64,000 bases of DNA from an uncultured Gemmatimonadales bacterium (GCA_963701965.1 OY969695.1:1472001-1536000), one strand, 5' to 3'. Counted from the first letter of the stretch, positions 34,759 to 44,159 are shown. A program made the numbers and translations. Notes: generated from the sequence alone by a model not told the origin.

Positions 34759-35930
34759 GACGACGCCTCGGCGCTCAATGGCGTTTCTTGCGCCTCCGCC
34801 TCCCGCAGATAGTGGAGCCCCATGCCCACCAGGGCCTCGCGATCGAGATCGGCCTCCAAAGGCCGGTTGCGCAGTCGCTCGCGCACGATCTCGATGAGGG
34901 ACGGGCGGCGCCCGGCGGCGCCGTAGCCCGCGGTGCGCGTCACATCCGGCCGCCGCGCATCGAGCGCGAAGTGCAGCGCCCGCCGTTTGTAGTCGCGCAA
35001 CGCCGCATGGTTCAACTCGCGCGCGACGTGGCGGGGGATGTCCTTGATGACGAGCCGGGCAATGTTTCCGTCGAGATCGCAGCGCGCCACCGCCTCGGCG
35101 ATCCGACGGTCAATGTCCGCCGGCGCCAGTCCGTACGCCGGAATCGCGGGCAGATCGATCAACGCGCGGGGCGGCGCCAGCGGATGAAAGACGTGCCGGC
35201 CCGTCGCCAGATCGTGCTCGATGAAGCCTTTCCCGCCGATCCCGTTGGCGCGCTGCTCGATCGACTCGCTCCAGACATTCGTGCTCGTGTACTCAATGGC
35301 GCCGGAGTAGAAGGCATTGGGCGCGACTTGCCGGTACACGTGATAGTGGCCGAGCGCGACGTACGTCCACTGGGCGGGCGCCAGGTCCTCGAGCGGGATC
35401 TCGATCCGCGCCTGGTCATTGAGCGACGGTGGGAGCACACCGGCGATCTCCCCGTGCAGCAGCAGGACGTTGTAGCGCGCCGTCGGATCGGGGGTGAACG
35501 CCGGCCACGCCCCCCGCGAATACGGGACGGCGAGCACCGACAGATTCAGCTCGGGTAGCGCGACGCGGCGCGGCTCGAGATCGGCGACGTAGAACCCCAT
35601 CTGCGCGAACAAGCGCAAGATGCATCCCGTCTCCGTCGTCCGCGGCAGGTCGTGGTTGCCGGCGACGATCACGACGGGGGTCGTGGGGAGCGCGGTCCGG
35701 AGCCGCAAGAAGTGCTTGAACGCGTAGAGGATCGCCGGATTCGACGGGCGCACCGTGTGAAAAACGTCGCCGGCGACCAGGACGACGTCCGGTCTCAAGG
35801 CGATCGTGGCGTCGATCGCGCCGCGAAACGCCTCGCCGACGTCCGCCTCCCGCTGATTGATCCCGGCCGGTGTCAGGCGCTGGTACTGCCGGAACCCCAA
35901 GTGCAGGTCGGACAGGTGCACGAGCCGCAT
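34755..35930 (-). CDS. sbcD: SbcD/Mre11 metallophosphoesterase nuclease
   Basis: HLSDLHLG, VAGDVFH, AGNHD, LLHG, YVALGHYH, YSGAIE. GTGA overlap with sbcC. Confidence 0.93.
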   Translation of the reverse strand: MRLVHLSDLHLGFRQYQRLTPAGINQREADVGEAFRGAIDATIALRPDVVLVAGDVFHTVRPSNPAILYAFKHFLRLRTALPTTPVVIVAGNHDLPRTTETGCILRLFAQMGFYVADLEPRRVALPELNLSVLAVPYSRGAWPAFTPDPTARYNVLLLHGEIAGVLPPSLNDQARIEIPLEDLAPAQWTYVALGHYHVYRQVAPNAFYSGAIEYTSTNVWSESIEQRANGIGGKGFIEHDLATGRHVFHPLAPPRALIDLPAIPAYGLAPADIDRRIAEAVARCDLDGNIARLVIKDIPRHVARELNHAALRDYKRRALHFALDARRPDVTRTAGYGAAGRRPSLIEIVRERLRNRPLEADLDREALVGMGLHYLREAEAQETPLSAEASS

Positions 35931-35934
35931 GCGT

Positions 35935-36699
35935 TCAATCTATCGTTCGCAGCCACTGCGTGACAATGATCTGGACATGAACCGAGGCTACCACGGAGTG
36001 AATCTCGATCGTGGCCCGGGAGCTGGTCAACCACCCGCGCCGGAGGTCGACCAGCATAGTCCCGGCCAGCGTACCGGATGACTCCACGGTCGAAATCGTG
36101 CCCCGGACGGACAGATAGGCCAGATCGCCGCCGCGAGCGACCGAGTCGAGGCGGAACGTCGTCTTGAGTTCCCCGTGCCCAAATGCCCCGCCCATGGGGC
36201 CGGCCATCGTGCGCGACCAGCGCTTCCCCACGGCAATGGGCTGGCGCGGCAAGACGGCAGGCATGGCGGCGAAGAGGGCCCGGAGCCGGGTGTCCGCCGG
36301 CGAGGAGTCGTCGGCGACCGTGGTGGCCCCATCGGGCGCCAGCCGCAGGTGGACCGGCTTCCCCTGCAGCAGCCGCCGCGCGAGATCAGGGGACTCGAAC
36401 GACTGGGGGCCGGTGGTGGTCGTGGCGACGGAGTCGGTGACGGCGACGACGTCGCTGCCCAATGTATCGGTGGTCTCGACAATGGTGCGGCTCATCACGA
36501 GCAGCGTCGTCACGATGGTCGTCGTGGAGTCGGCGTGGGCAAGACCCTCGCGGTGCGCCCTCCCGATCGTCTCCACCCGCTGGTCGTATCGCATGTGCAG
36601 CGTATCGCCCGGGTGCGGACGGATGCTCAGCAAGACAGACTGGCCGGCCGCCGCCTGGGCCGCGACCATGCACCACGGGGCGAGCCACAGACCCTTCAT
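35935..36699 (-). CDS. Exported beta-rich hypothetical protein
   Basis: Signal-peptide-like MKGLWLAPWCMVAAQAAAG, then Thr-rich beta strands (LPRQPIAVGKRWSRT; GTMLVDLRRGWLTSS). Lies 4 nt from both neighbours. Confidence 0.7.
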   Translation of the reverse strand: MKGLWLAPWCMVAAQAAAGQSVLLSIRPHPGDTLHMRYDQRVETIGRAHREGLAHADSTTTIVTTLLVMSRTIVETTDTLGSDVVAVTDSVATTTTGPQSFESPDLARRLLQGKPVHLRLAPDGATTVADDSSPADTRLRALFAAMPAVLPRQPIAVGKRWSRTMAGPMGGAFGHGELKTTFRLDSVARGGDLAYLSVRGTISTVESSGTLAGTMLVDLRRGWLTSSRATIEIHSVVASVHVQIIVTQWLRTID

Positions 36700-36703
36700 G
36701 CCG

Positions 36704-38653
36704 TCAGAAGCCGTATGGGTCGTCGTCGGGCGTGGCGCGCAGCGGCACGCTGACCGGCGGCGGGGCGGCGGCCGCGGCGGGGCGCGCCGCGGTGCGCAGG
36801 CTGCCACGGAAAAATGCCCGGACGTCGGCCGGCCGCGTGATCTCGGCCGCGGCCTTGGCCCGCAACACGTCGCGCTCGTCGACCAAGGCGATCGTGTCCT
36901 GCACCCAGGCCAGCGTCACGGACGGATCGAGCGCGCGCAGCGCGCGGGTCACCGCGGCCTCCAACGACGGCTCGCTCCCGGGCGGATACCGTTCCGCGCC
37001 CAGGCGCCCCGAGAGGATCGCGGGCCGGGGGAAGCGCACGAATACGGGCTGCGCGAAGTGCGGGTGTCGGACCATCAACTGCCCTTTCTCCAATGTGGCG
37101 AGCTTCGTCCGCACGGCCGGCCCCAGCCCGGCGTACCCGGGCGTCGCCAGCTCGTCGGCATCCATGCGGCCGAACAAGGCGGTGCCGGCGTTGCCGACGA
37201 CGCGCCGGTGCACCTGTGATCGGAACTGCTGGGCGGCGAACAGCACCAGACCGAGATACCGTCCGCGCTCGGCGACGTCGAGCAACATCTTGCGCACATA
37301 CGTGTCCGGCCCGTCGCCCGGGGCGTACTTGTTCAGCTCGTCGACGAAGACCACGACATGCTGCACGCCGAGGTCGCGGCGCTCGAGGTGCTCGCGGAGC
37401 TTGGACACGACGCGCGCGAAGATGAGGTCCTGCGCATCTTCCTCGAGCAAGGCGACGTCGATCACGTACACCGTGCGGTCCTGAAAGCTCCCGAACGGGA
37501 GGTCGCTGGTCGCGCCGTCATTGGTGACGAGGCCCGCGCACCGCGTCGCGATATTGGTGAGCCGATTCCGCACCTTCCGGATGGTGGCCACGTGGTGCGT
37601 GCGCCAAGACTCGGCGTTGCGGCGTTCCATGCTGTGCAGCAGGTCGCGAAACCACGCATCGAGATCGGCGAACGACCGCACCGTGTGCGCGCTGGCCAAG
37701 GCGTCATCAGAGAACGGCCGATCCACGACCCGCTCGCGTATGAAATCGATCAACGCGTCGGCCTTGGCATCGACGTCGTCCTTGTTCAGCAAGACCTCGG
37801 CGAACTGCAGGACCTCGCGCAACCCCCACGTGAGGGCCGATAGATTGTGGCCCAGCGCGTCGTTCGACCGGAGCGTGTTGAGGGCGAAGCCCTTCGCCGT
37901 GTACGGCGCGAAGTACCGGACGTGCTCGAACGGGCGCGCGGGGACGCCGAGGCGCTCGTACAGCGCCTGGTCGCTCTCCTCCAGCGCGCCCGGGCAATCG
38001 AGGAAGCAGAGGTCCGGCCCCTTGACGTTGAAGCACACGGCGGCCACGGACCCTTTGTCGGCGGGAAAATGGGCGAAGATCGAGGCCAGCAGCCATTCCA
38101 CGGCGCTGGTCTTGGTGGCCAGCCCCGAGACCCCCGTGATGTTGAGATGCGCGGCTTCGGGTCCCAGCAGAAAATCGGGGTCGAGATAGACCGGCGACTC
38201 GCTGCCGCCCGCCCGGTACATGCCGATCGGAATGCCGCGCCGCGCGTAGGAGTCCATCCGGAGCGCGATCTCAATGTCGGCGTCGGCCGCGAGGAACACC
38301 TCGCCGAGTGGCACCGGCTGCAGCGGTTCGTCGGGCACCTGGCGCAGCGTCGCGGCCGTGTACAACCGGATCTCGGTCCGCTCCGTCGGCGCCGCGGCCG
38401 CGCGCTCGGGAGCGCCATCGTAGCCCAGCACTTCGTGCAGCGGCGACTGCACATCGGTGTAGCTGTAGCCCTCGACCACCACGCCGTACACGGTCGGGAT
38501 CTGCCCTGCCACCGGGTGCGTGCCGGCGACGCGCACGATCGTGCCGATGCCGACCGGCGCGTCCAGGCCGGTCCAGAAGTGGAACTCGTGCGGCGTGTTG
38601 GGCCGGCGCTCGGTCGCGACGACCCGGCCAATCGGGGGAACAGTGTCGGTCAC
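36704..38653 (-). CDS. herA: HerA-like bipolar helicase/ATPase
   Basis: N-terminal HAS-barrel-like region, HLNITGVSGLATKTS (Walker A variant), FNVKGPDL, VVFVDELNKYAP (Walker B), AERGRYLGLVLFAAQQ. Start probably GTG 38653. Confidence 0.88.
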   Translation of the reverse strand: MTDTVPPIGRVVATERRPNTPHEFHFWTGLDAPVGIGTIVRVAGTHPVAGQIPTVYGVVVEGYSYTDVQSPLHEVLGYDGAPERAAAAPTERTEIRLYTAATLRQVPDEPLQPVPLGEVFLAADADIEIALRMDSYARRGIPIGMYRAGGSESPVYLDPDFLLGPEAAHLNITGVSGLATKTSAVEWLLASIFAHFPADKGSVAAVCFNVKGPDLCFLDCPGALEESDQALYERLGVPARPFEHVRYFAPYTAKGFALNTLRSNDALGHNLSALTWGLREVLQFAEVLLNKDDVDAKADALIDFIRERVVDRPFSDDALASAHTVRSFADLDAWFRDLLHSMERRNAESWRTHHVATIRKVRNRLTNIATRCAGLVTNDGATSDLPFGSFQDRTVYVIDVALLEEDAQDLIFARVVSKLREHLERRDLGVQHVVVFVDELNKYAPGDGPDTYVRKMLLDVAERGRYLGLVLFAAQQFRSQVHRRVVGNAGTALFGRMDADELATPGYAGLGPAVRTKLATLEKGQLMVRHPHFAQPVFVRFPRPAILSGRLGAERYPPGSEPSLEAAVTRALRALDPSVTLAWVQDTIALVDERDVLRAKAAAEITRPADVRAFFRGSLRTAARPAAAAAPPPVSVPLRATPDDDPYGF

Positions 38654-38660
38654 AGGCCCA

Positions 38661-39578
38661 TCAACAAACGGCGCGGAGATACTCTTCGCAATCCCGGACG
38701 CCATACACGAGCGTGTCCCACCGCGGATCGGGCAAAGCGAGAGGCGACGCCTCGGCCAGCACCCAGCGCGAGAACCGGTCGGCCCGCTCCGCCACCGCCC
38801 CGCCTTCCGCCATCTCCACCCGGACCAATCCCCAGAACGGTCCGCGGCCGGCGGCCTCGCGCAAGCGCAAATACCAACTCAACACGGGAGCCCGATGCGC
38901 CGACGCGATGCGCAGCACCGACGTGCGCTCGCCGGCGCGGAGCGCGGCGAGGACGCCGAACCCGTCGGGAGCGACGTAGAGCGTCCGGTGGGTCTTGACG
39001 ACGCCAACGACGTCGGGATGCGCGACCGTGAGCGCGCCATCGATCCACAGCGGGGCCGATGTGCGGGCGGCGTCCGCAGCCAGTTGGCGCTCCAGTTCTT
39101 CCCGGCGCCGTTTCACGACCTGGAGCGCGCGCTCGACGAGCGCCGCCGGATGGGCGAGCCCGCGGGGCTCCGTGTCGATGAGCCCCTGGACCGCGAGTTC
39201 GGCGGCGAGGCCTGGCGGCAATTGGGCGATGGGGGCGTAGACCGCGCGGTCCACGGCCGGGGCATCGCGGGTCACCATGCGGCGCGCCCGCCGCTCGCGC
39301 ACGACGGCGGCGATCGTGCCAAAGACGACCGGCACCATCCCGAGGTGCGATCCGATTCGGCTTTGCTGGATCCCGTCCAGAAACGCCGCGAAGCCGACGG
39401 TGGGAGGACCGGACGGCGCATGTGCCACCAGCGCGTCGCCCTCGACGATCGCTGCGGCGTCCACCCGCGGTGACTCGGGAGGCCTGGCAAGCGTCTCCAG
39501 CGTGGGACTTGCTCCCTCCGCGGGGAGTGCGCCCCACCGACCGAGCGACGCTCGAGCGCCGCGGAAGCTCGCGTTCAT
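38661..39578 (-). CDS. nurA: NurA-like 5'-3' nuclease
   Basis: AFLDGIQQ, LWIDGAL, VVGVVKTH, LRAGERTSV, SWYLRLR, GLVRVE. Directly upstream of herA. Confidence 0.82.
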   Translation of the reverse strand: MNASFRGARASLGRWGALPAEGASPTLETLARPPESPRVDAAAIVEGDALVAHAPSGPPTVGFAAFLDGIQQSRIGSHLGMVPVVFGTIAAVVRERRARRMVTRDAPAVDRAVYAPIAQLPPGLAAELAVQGLIDTEPRGLAHPAALVERALQVVKRRREELERQLAADAARTSAPLWIDGALTVAHPDVVGVVKTHRTLYVAPDGFGVLAALRAGERTSVLRIASAHRAPVLSWYLRLREAAGRGPFWGLVRVEMAEGGAVAERADRFSRWVLAEASPLALPDPRWDTLVYGVRDCEEYLRAVC

Positions 39579-39594
39579 TCTTGCCACAGGACCC

Positions 39595-40587
39595 GTGACA
39601 ACCGCCGTACGGACCCGCCTTGCCGCCTCTGGCGCACTGTGCGTAACGCTAATCGCCGCCCAAGGCTGCGACAAGCACGAAGCCGACGCCGATTCCGGAT
39701 TCGCGTCGCAAACCGAAGTGCTCGACTTGTCGAAGCACCCCAACGTGCTGTTCGAGGTGTTCGGCGAACGCGAAGATCCGCGCATGATCCCGATCGGGTT
39801 GGTCGATGCGGGACACGTGCGCGGCATCAAACTGGACGCAGCGGGGTGGAAGAAGTTCGACAAGATGTACACCCACTCCGGCACGAGTTTCACGCTGTAT
39901 CAGGACGGACAGGTCGCCGGCACGGCGACCGTGAAGCAGGGCATGTGGGAGAAAGTCGGCATGCCGCTCTACTCGCTGCCCAACTGCCACGTTTTGACGC
40001 CGCTTTCCGCGGTCGCGCTCGACAGCAAGGTCAAGGCCGGCATCACGGTGGAGTTCCTGGCCTCAGGCACGACGCTGCCCGGCGCGATGCAGGCCCCGAA
40101 GCCGGAGCCGCTGACGCGCGAGGACGCCGTCACCAAGGCGCGGGCCATCGGGATCGCGGTCGGGACCAACGCCGGCATCCCGCGGGCACGCCTGGATTCG
40201 CTCGACTACCACGGGCTCGCGATCAACACGGGCGCGACATCGCAGCCGACGCTCATCGCGTCCTTCATCGACCCGAATGCCGAGGACGCGGCGTCAAAGG
40301 GCCAAGGGACGTCCTACGTGTTCGTGATCGCGGACTGGAACGGCACGGACTACGCGCCGTCGTTCGTGAAAACGGTCGACGGTTCGTCGGCCCACGCCGA
40401 TTACCGGCGCTACATCGATCATCTCGACTTCGACGGCAATGGGGTCGACGAGATCGCCATCGAGGGGTGGCACTACGGCGGCGACAGCTACCCGATCCTG
40501 CTCCGCTATAAGCAGGGCCGCTGGATCGAGATCTTCCACGGCGCCTCGGATTGGTGCCTCGACCGGGCCATGGCGGCTAGACAGTAG
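39595..40587 (+). CDS. Putative lipoprotein
   Basis: GTG start; LCVTLIAAQGC lipobox-like. DFDGNGVDEI (FG-GAP/Ca-binding-like loop) near the C-terminus. Confidence 0.7.
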   Translation: MTTAVRTRLAASGALCVTLIAAQGCDKHEADADSGFASQTEVLDLSKHPNVLFEVFGEREDPRMIPIGLVDAGHVRGIKLDAAGWKKFDKMYTHSGTSFTLYQDGQVAGTATVKQGMWEKVGMPLYSLPNCHVLTPLSAVALDSKVKAGITVEFLASGTTLPGAMQAPKPEPLTREDAVTKARAIGIAVGTNAGIPRARLDSLDYHGLAINTGATSQPTLIASFIDPNAEDAASKGQGTSYVFVIADWNGTDYAPSFVKTVDGSSAHADYRRYIDHLDFDGNGVDEIAIEGWHYGGDSYPILLRYKQGRWIEIFHGASDWCLDRAMAARQ

Positions 40588-41752
40588 TCAGCCGCCGCAC
40601 GCCTTCCACGACCATCTCGGTGGGTGCCGCGTAGCTGACGCGGACCCACTCCGGTGTGAGGAACGCCGAACCCGGCACCACGGCGACGCTGTGGGTGTCG
40701 AGCAGCCTGGTCGCGAATGCGTCCCCCTCGCCGACGCGCACATAAAGATAGAACGCGCCATCGGGACGCACGTACGTGAGCCCCGCGCGGTCGAGCAGCG
40801 CGGTCGCCGCGTCACGGCGGGCGCGAAACGTGGCCACCATCGACGCGATCGCGGTCTCCGCTGACGCGGTGTCGGTGAGGGCCGCCAGCGCGGCGTGCTG
40901 GGAGACGGTGGCGGCGTTGGATGTCGTATGCGACTGCAGGGCGTTCATGGCGGCGGATACGGCGCGCGGCGCGATGGACCAACCAATGCGCCATCCCGTC
41001 ATCGCGTACGCCTTGGCGACGCCGTTGACGACGACGAGCCGGTCGCGGCTGCCGTCGGGCAGCACAGCCAGTGCCGACGTGGCGGCGGCTTCGTAGGCGA
41101 TCCGCAGGTAGATCTCGTCGCTGATCACCCACCATCCGCGCGCACTGGCCACGGCCAGGATCTCGGCCAACTCCTCGGCCGTGTACACGGACCCCGTGGG
41201 ATTGCACGGCGAGTTCAACATCACGCCTTTCGTGTGGGACGTCGCCGCGGCGGCCAGTTGCGCGGCGGTCACTTTGAGGCCCCGGGACAAGTCGCCGCGC
41301 ACCGCTACCGGCGTCGCTCGGGCGAGCGCGACCATCTCGTAGTACGAGGTCCAGCTCGGTGTCGGGATCAATACTTCGTCGCCCGGGCCGAACAGGGTGA
41401 AGCAGGCGTTGAACAACGATTGCTTCGAACCCGCGGAGACGACGATCTCCGACGCCTCGATCGGCACCGGCCCGCGGTAGAGCGTATTCGCGTCGGCCGC
41501 GATCGCTTGCCGCAGGGGCAGGATCCCGTCCGTCGACGTGTAGCGCGTGGCGCCGGCGTCGATCGCCCGCTGGGCGGCGCGGCGAATGTACTCCGGCGTG
41601 TCGAAGTCGGGCTCGCCGGCGCCGAGGTCGAGAACTTCCCGGCCCGCGGACCGGAGCGCGCGAGCCCGGCTCGCCACCGCGAGCGTGGCCGATTCCTTGA
41701 TCTGTGAGACGTTCGCGGATGGGGCGAACGATGGCGCCAGCGTTGTCGTCAC
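40577..41752 (-). CDS. PLP-dependent aminotransferase class I/II (aspartate aminotransferase-like)
   Basis: LGAGEPDFDTP, NSPCNPTG, ISDEIY, NGVAKAYAMTGWRIG. SD AGGAG upstream. Confidence 0.94.
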   Translation of the reverse strand: MTTTLAPSFAPSANVSQIKESATLAVASRARALRSAGREVLDLGAGEPDFDTPEYIRRAAQRAIDAGATRYTSTDGILPLRQAIAADANTLYRGPVPIEASEIVVSAGSKQSLFNACFTLFGPGDEVLIPTPSWTSYYEMVALARATPVAVRGDLSRGLKVTAAQLAAAATSHTKGVMLNSPCNPTGSVYTAEELAEILAVASARGWWVISDEIYLRIAYEAAATSALAVLPDGSRDRLVVVNGVAKAYAMTGWRIGWSIAPRAVSAAMNALQSHTTSNAATVSQHAALAALTDTASAETAIASMVATFRARRDAATALLDRAGLTYVRPDGAFYLYVRVGEGDAFATRLLDTHSVAVVPGSAFLTPEWVRVSYAAPTEMVVEGVRRLTTV

Positions 41753-41810
41753 GTCTAAGTTTCTCCTGACTCAGTCTCTTCTGTCGGCTCCTTCATAGGT
41801 TATCCGCCCG

Positions 41811-43037
41811 TTGTCCACCGCGCTATCCGTCGGCCGTGGGCAGCACACGCTGTTCGTGCTGCCAAATGATCCATCGTCCGTGCCGGCATTCATGAGCCCA
41901 GCGCTCGAGCGCCTGGGCGACGGGCATCCCACCGTCCTCGTCGTGACCGCCGACGCCGAGAGCGCCGTCGTCGTGGCGGGCGCGCTGGCGCGCCAGGGCA
42001 CCGCGGGCGTGCTGGCGGCGACCGCGGTCGGCCGCGCCGCGCGCGCGTTGCATGCGACGCCACCCACCGTCGTCGTCGGTCCGAGCGACGTGCTGCTCGG
42101 TCTTCTCCGCCATAGCGCGCTCAAGCTCGAGGGCGTGACGGCGGTGGTCATCGCCTGGGCGGATGAGATCCTGCGCACGGGGCAAATGACCGCGCTCGAG
42201 GCGGTGTTGGCCGATGCGCCAAAGGACGCGCCGCGGACCATCGCGACGTCGACCGAAACACCCGAACTGGAAGCGTTCATCGAACGGTACGCGCGGCGTC
42301 CGCGCCGCGTCGGCGCCGCGGGTGTCGCGGGGTCTGCCGCGGCCGTGCGCTATGTGACCGTGACGGCGGAGAGCCGCCCGGTCGCGCTGCGCCGTCTGCT
42401 CGACGACACCGATCCGGCGTCGGCGTTCGTGTTCGTGCGCTCGGATCGGTCCGAACAGATGGTCCGGGAGGTCCTGGACACCCTCGGCTACGGCGCGCCG
42501 AACGCGCCGGTGCGCCTTTCGCGCGGGGCGCCGACGGAAAGCGCCGCCCTGGTCGTGTTGTACGACATCCCGCTCGATACCCAAGAGCTCGGCGCGGTGC
42601 TCGCCGTGATGCCGGTGCTCGCGGTCGCGCTGGCCGAGCGGCGGGAGTTGTCGCGATTGCCAGGGGCGAGGCCCCTGCCGCTCAGCGGGCCGATCGAGCG
42701 GACAAAGCAGAGCGTCGATGAGCTGAGCCAGGTACTGGAGGCCGGCGTGCCGGCGGCGGAGCTTCGGCTCTTGGAGCCGATGCTGGAGCGATACGACGGT
42801 ATCGAAATCGCGGCCGCGGCGTTGCATCTGCTGGAGCGCCAGCGGCGACCCATCAGCAAGCCCGCCCCGCCGCCCGAGCAGCGGCCCCCCGAACGCCGAC
42901 CGCCCGAGCGCCGGCCGAGTGAGCGCCCCAGCGCCGGACCAGGGCGTCGGGGCCCCCCGGAGCGGCGTGGACCGCCGGAACGGCGTGGGCCACCGGAGCG
43001 ACGTGGGCCGCCCGAACGGCGCCCGCCGCGCGCATAA
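41811..43037 (+). CDS. Degenerate DEAD-box-helicase-like protein with Arg/Pro-rich repeat tail
   Basis: VVVGPSDVLLGLLRHSALKLEGVTAVVIAWADEIL aligns by eye to DEAD motifs Ib-II. AFVFVRS and VVLYDIP resemble motifs IV and V. No Walker A is visible. Confidence 0.7.
   Translation: MSTALSVGRGQHTLFVLPNDPSSVPAFMSPALERLGDGHPTVLVVTADAESAVVVAGALARQGTAGVLAATAVGRAARALHATPPTVVVGPSDVLLGLLRHSALKLEGVTAVVIAWADEILRTGQMTALEAVLADAPKDAPRTIATSTETPELEAFIERYARRPRRVGAAGVAGSAAAVRYVTVTAESRPVALRRLLDDTDPASAFVFVRSDRSEQMVREVLDTLGYGAPNAPVRLSRGAPTESAALVVLYDIPLDTQELGAVLAVMPVLAVALAERRELSRLPGARPLPLSGPIERTKQSVDELSQVLEAGVPAAELRLLEPMLERYDGIEIAAAALHLLERQRRPISKPAPPPEQRPPERRPPERRPSERPSAGPGRRGPPERRGPPERRGPPERRGPPERRPPRA
42945..43016 (+). 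repeat. 4 x 18-bp coding tandem repeat (RRGPPE)
   Basis: CGTCGGGGCCCCCCGGAG / CGGCGTGGACCGCCGGAA / CGGCGTGGGCCACCGGAG / CGACGTGGGCCGCCCGAA; differences between units are synonymous only. Confidence 0.9.
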
Positions 43038-43044
43038 CGCACGA

Positions 43045-43073
43045 GGCCCCTGACGTCATAGACGCCAGGGGCC
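43045..43073 (+). terminator. Hairpin after the DEAD-like gene
   Basis: ggcccctg-a-cgtc-ata-gacg-c-caggggcc, 7 nt after the stop codon; no clear U-tract. Confidence 0.5.
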
Positions 43074-43276
43074 GTTGCATGGTGCTGCGTAGCCGTCAGG
43101 CATTGCTCACACCACGCTGATATCCTATGCAGACGGCGCGCCACGCGCCATTACGCGGGCGGACGTCAATGTCACGATCTGCGACATGACGGTAAGCCGG
43201 GTGACGTCGCGCGGGGGGTTCGCGTCTATGGGACAACGCTGCATTCGACGCCACCCGACACGTCCGACCAGCCCGC

Positions 43277-44131
43277 ATGGGCGTCATCGCCACCCTTCTC
43301 CCCAACCCGACTCGCCTCCAGCGCCTGCGCGCGGCTATCCGCGACCGGCACTCGATCATCGCGTGCGAGGACTGGTCGGCGCTGACCCGGATGTGCGATA
43401 GCGAGCCCGTGCACCTCGCGGTCATCGATATCTACGCCGACGGCACCGCGAACTTCGAGAGCATTCGCCTCCTCAAGTTGCGCTTCCCGCGCGTGGCTCT
43501 GATCGCCTACGTGACGATCACGCCCGAGCGCGCGCGCGACATGTTCGATGCCGGCCGCTGCGGGTTCGACGGCCTGATCATCGCCGACACCAATGACGCC
43601 CCGCTGACCTTGCTGGCCCACGTGGACAAGGCCGAGGCGCGCAGCGTCGCCAGCCTTCTGCGCCGCCAAATCGGCGACCTCAAGCCCACGGCGCGGGACG
43701 CCGTGCTGGCCTCGGTGACGCGCGCGCACGAGCGCCTGACCCCCAATGCATTCGCGCGGCTTCTTGCCGTTCCACGGCGCCTTCTGACCCGCCGGCTGAC
43801 TGACAGCGGTTTCCCTCCACCGCACCGGTTGCTGACCTGGGGCCGATTGATCGTTGCCGCCCATATGCTGGAAGACAAGCACCGGAGCGCGGATAGCGTG
43901 GCGCAAGTGCTCGATTTCCCATCGGGGAGCGCGTTTCGAAACACCTGCCAACGGTACCTCCAGGCCACCCCACAGCAGCTCCGCGATCGTGGGGGCGCCG
44001 CCTACGTGATTGAGACTTTTCTAACCAGTGCCCGCCATCGCCGTCTCCCCGGACTCCCGGTGTCCCGCAACGGCAATGGCAATGGGCAAGTCCCTGTCGA
44101 AACGTCAGTTCCCAGCCTGAGTCCGACTTAG
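43277..44131 (+). CDS. AraC-type HTH regulator with receiver-like N-terminal domain
   Basis: HLAVIDIY and ALIAYVT are REC-like strands. C-terminal SADSVAQVLDFPSGSAFRNTCQRYLQATP is an AraC second HTH. Confidence 0.8.
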   Translation: MGVIATLLPNPTRLQRLRAAIRDRHSIIACEDWSALTRMCDSEPVHLAVIDIYADGTANFESIRLLKLRFPRVALIAYVTITPERARDMFDAGRCGFDGLIIADTNDAPLTLLAHVDKAEARSVASLLRRQIGDLKPTARDAVLASVTRAHERLTPNAFARLLAVPRRLLTRRLTDSGFPPPHRLLTWGRLIVAAHMLEDKHRSADSVAQVLDFPSGSAFRNTCQRYLQATPQQLRDRGGAAYVIETFLTSARHRRLPGLPVSRNGNGNGQVPVETSVPSLSPT

Positions 44132-44159
44132 GGAATCAGAAGCACAATGTCGGGGTATG

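Noticed and set aside
32452..34812. Long antisense ORFs (also 7011..8648, 9116..10777, 21649..23517, 53736..55088 and many others)
   Set aside because: Shadow ORFs typical of high-GC DNA, lying opposite well-supported genes and without recognisable motifs.
32317..39578. HerA plus SMC-like ATPase as an anti-phage or anti-plasmid system (Sir2-HerA, Wadjet, Lamassu)
   Set aside because: The partners are NurA- and Mre11-like, the SMC has a Rad50 zinc hook, and no effector, kleisin or mobile context is present. A housekeeping repair role is more parsimonious.
42879..43016. Short repeats as a CRISPR array
   Set aside because: Contiguous coding repeats with no spacers and no cas genes in the window.
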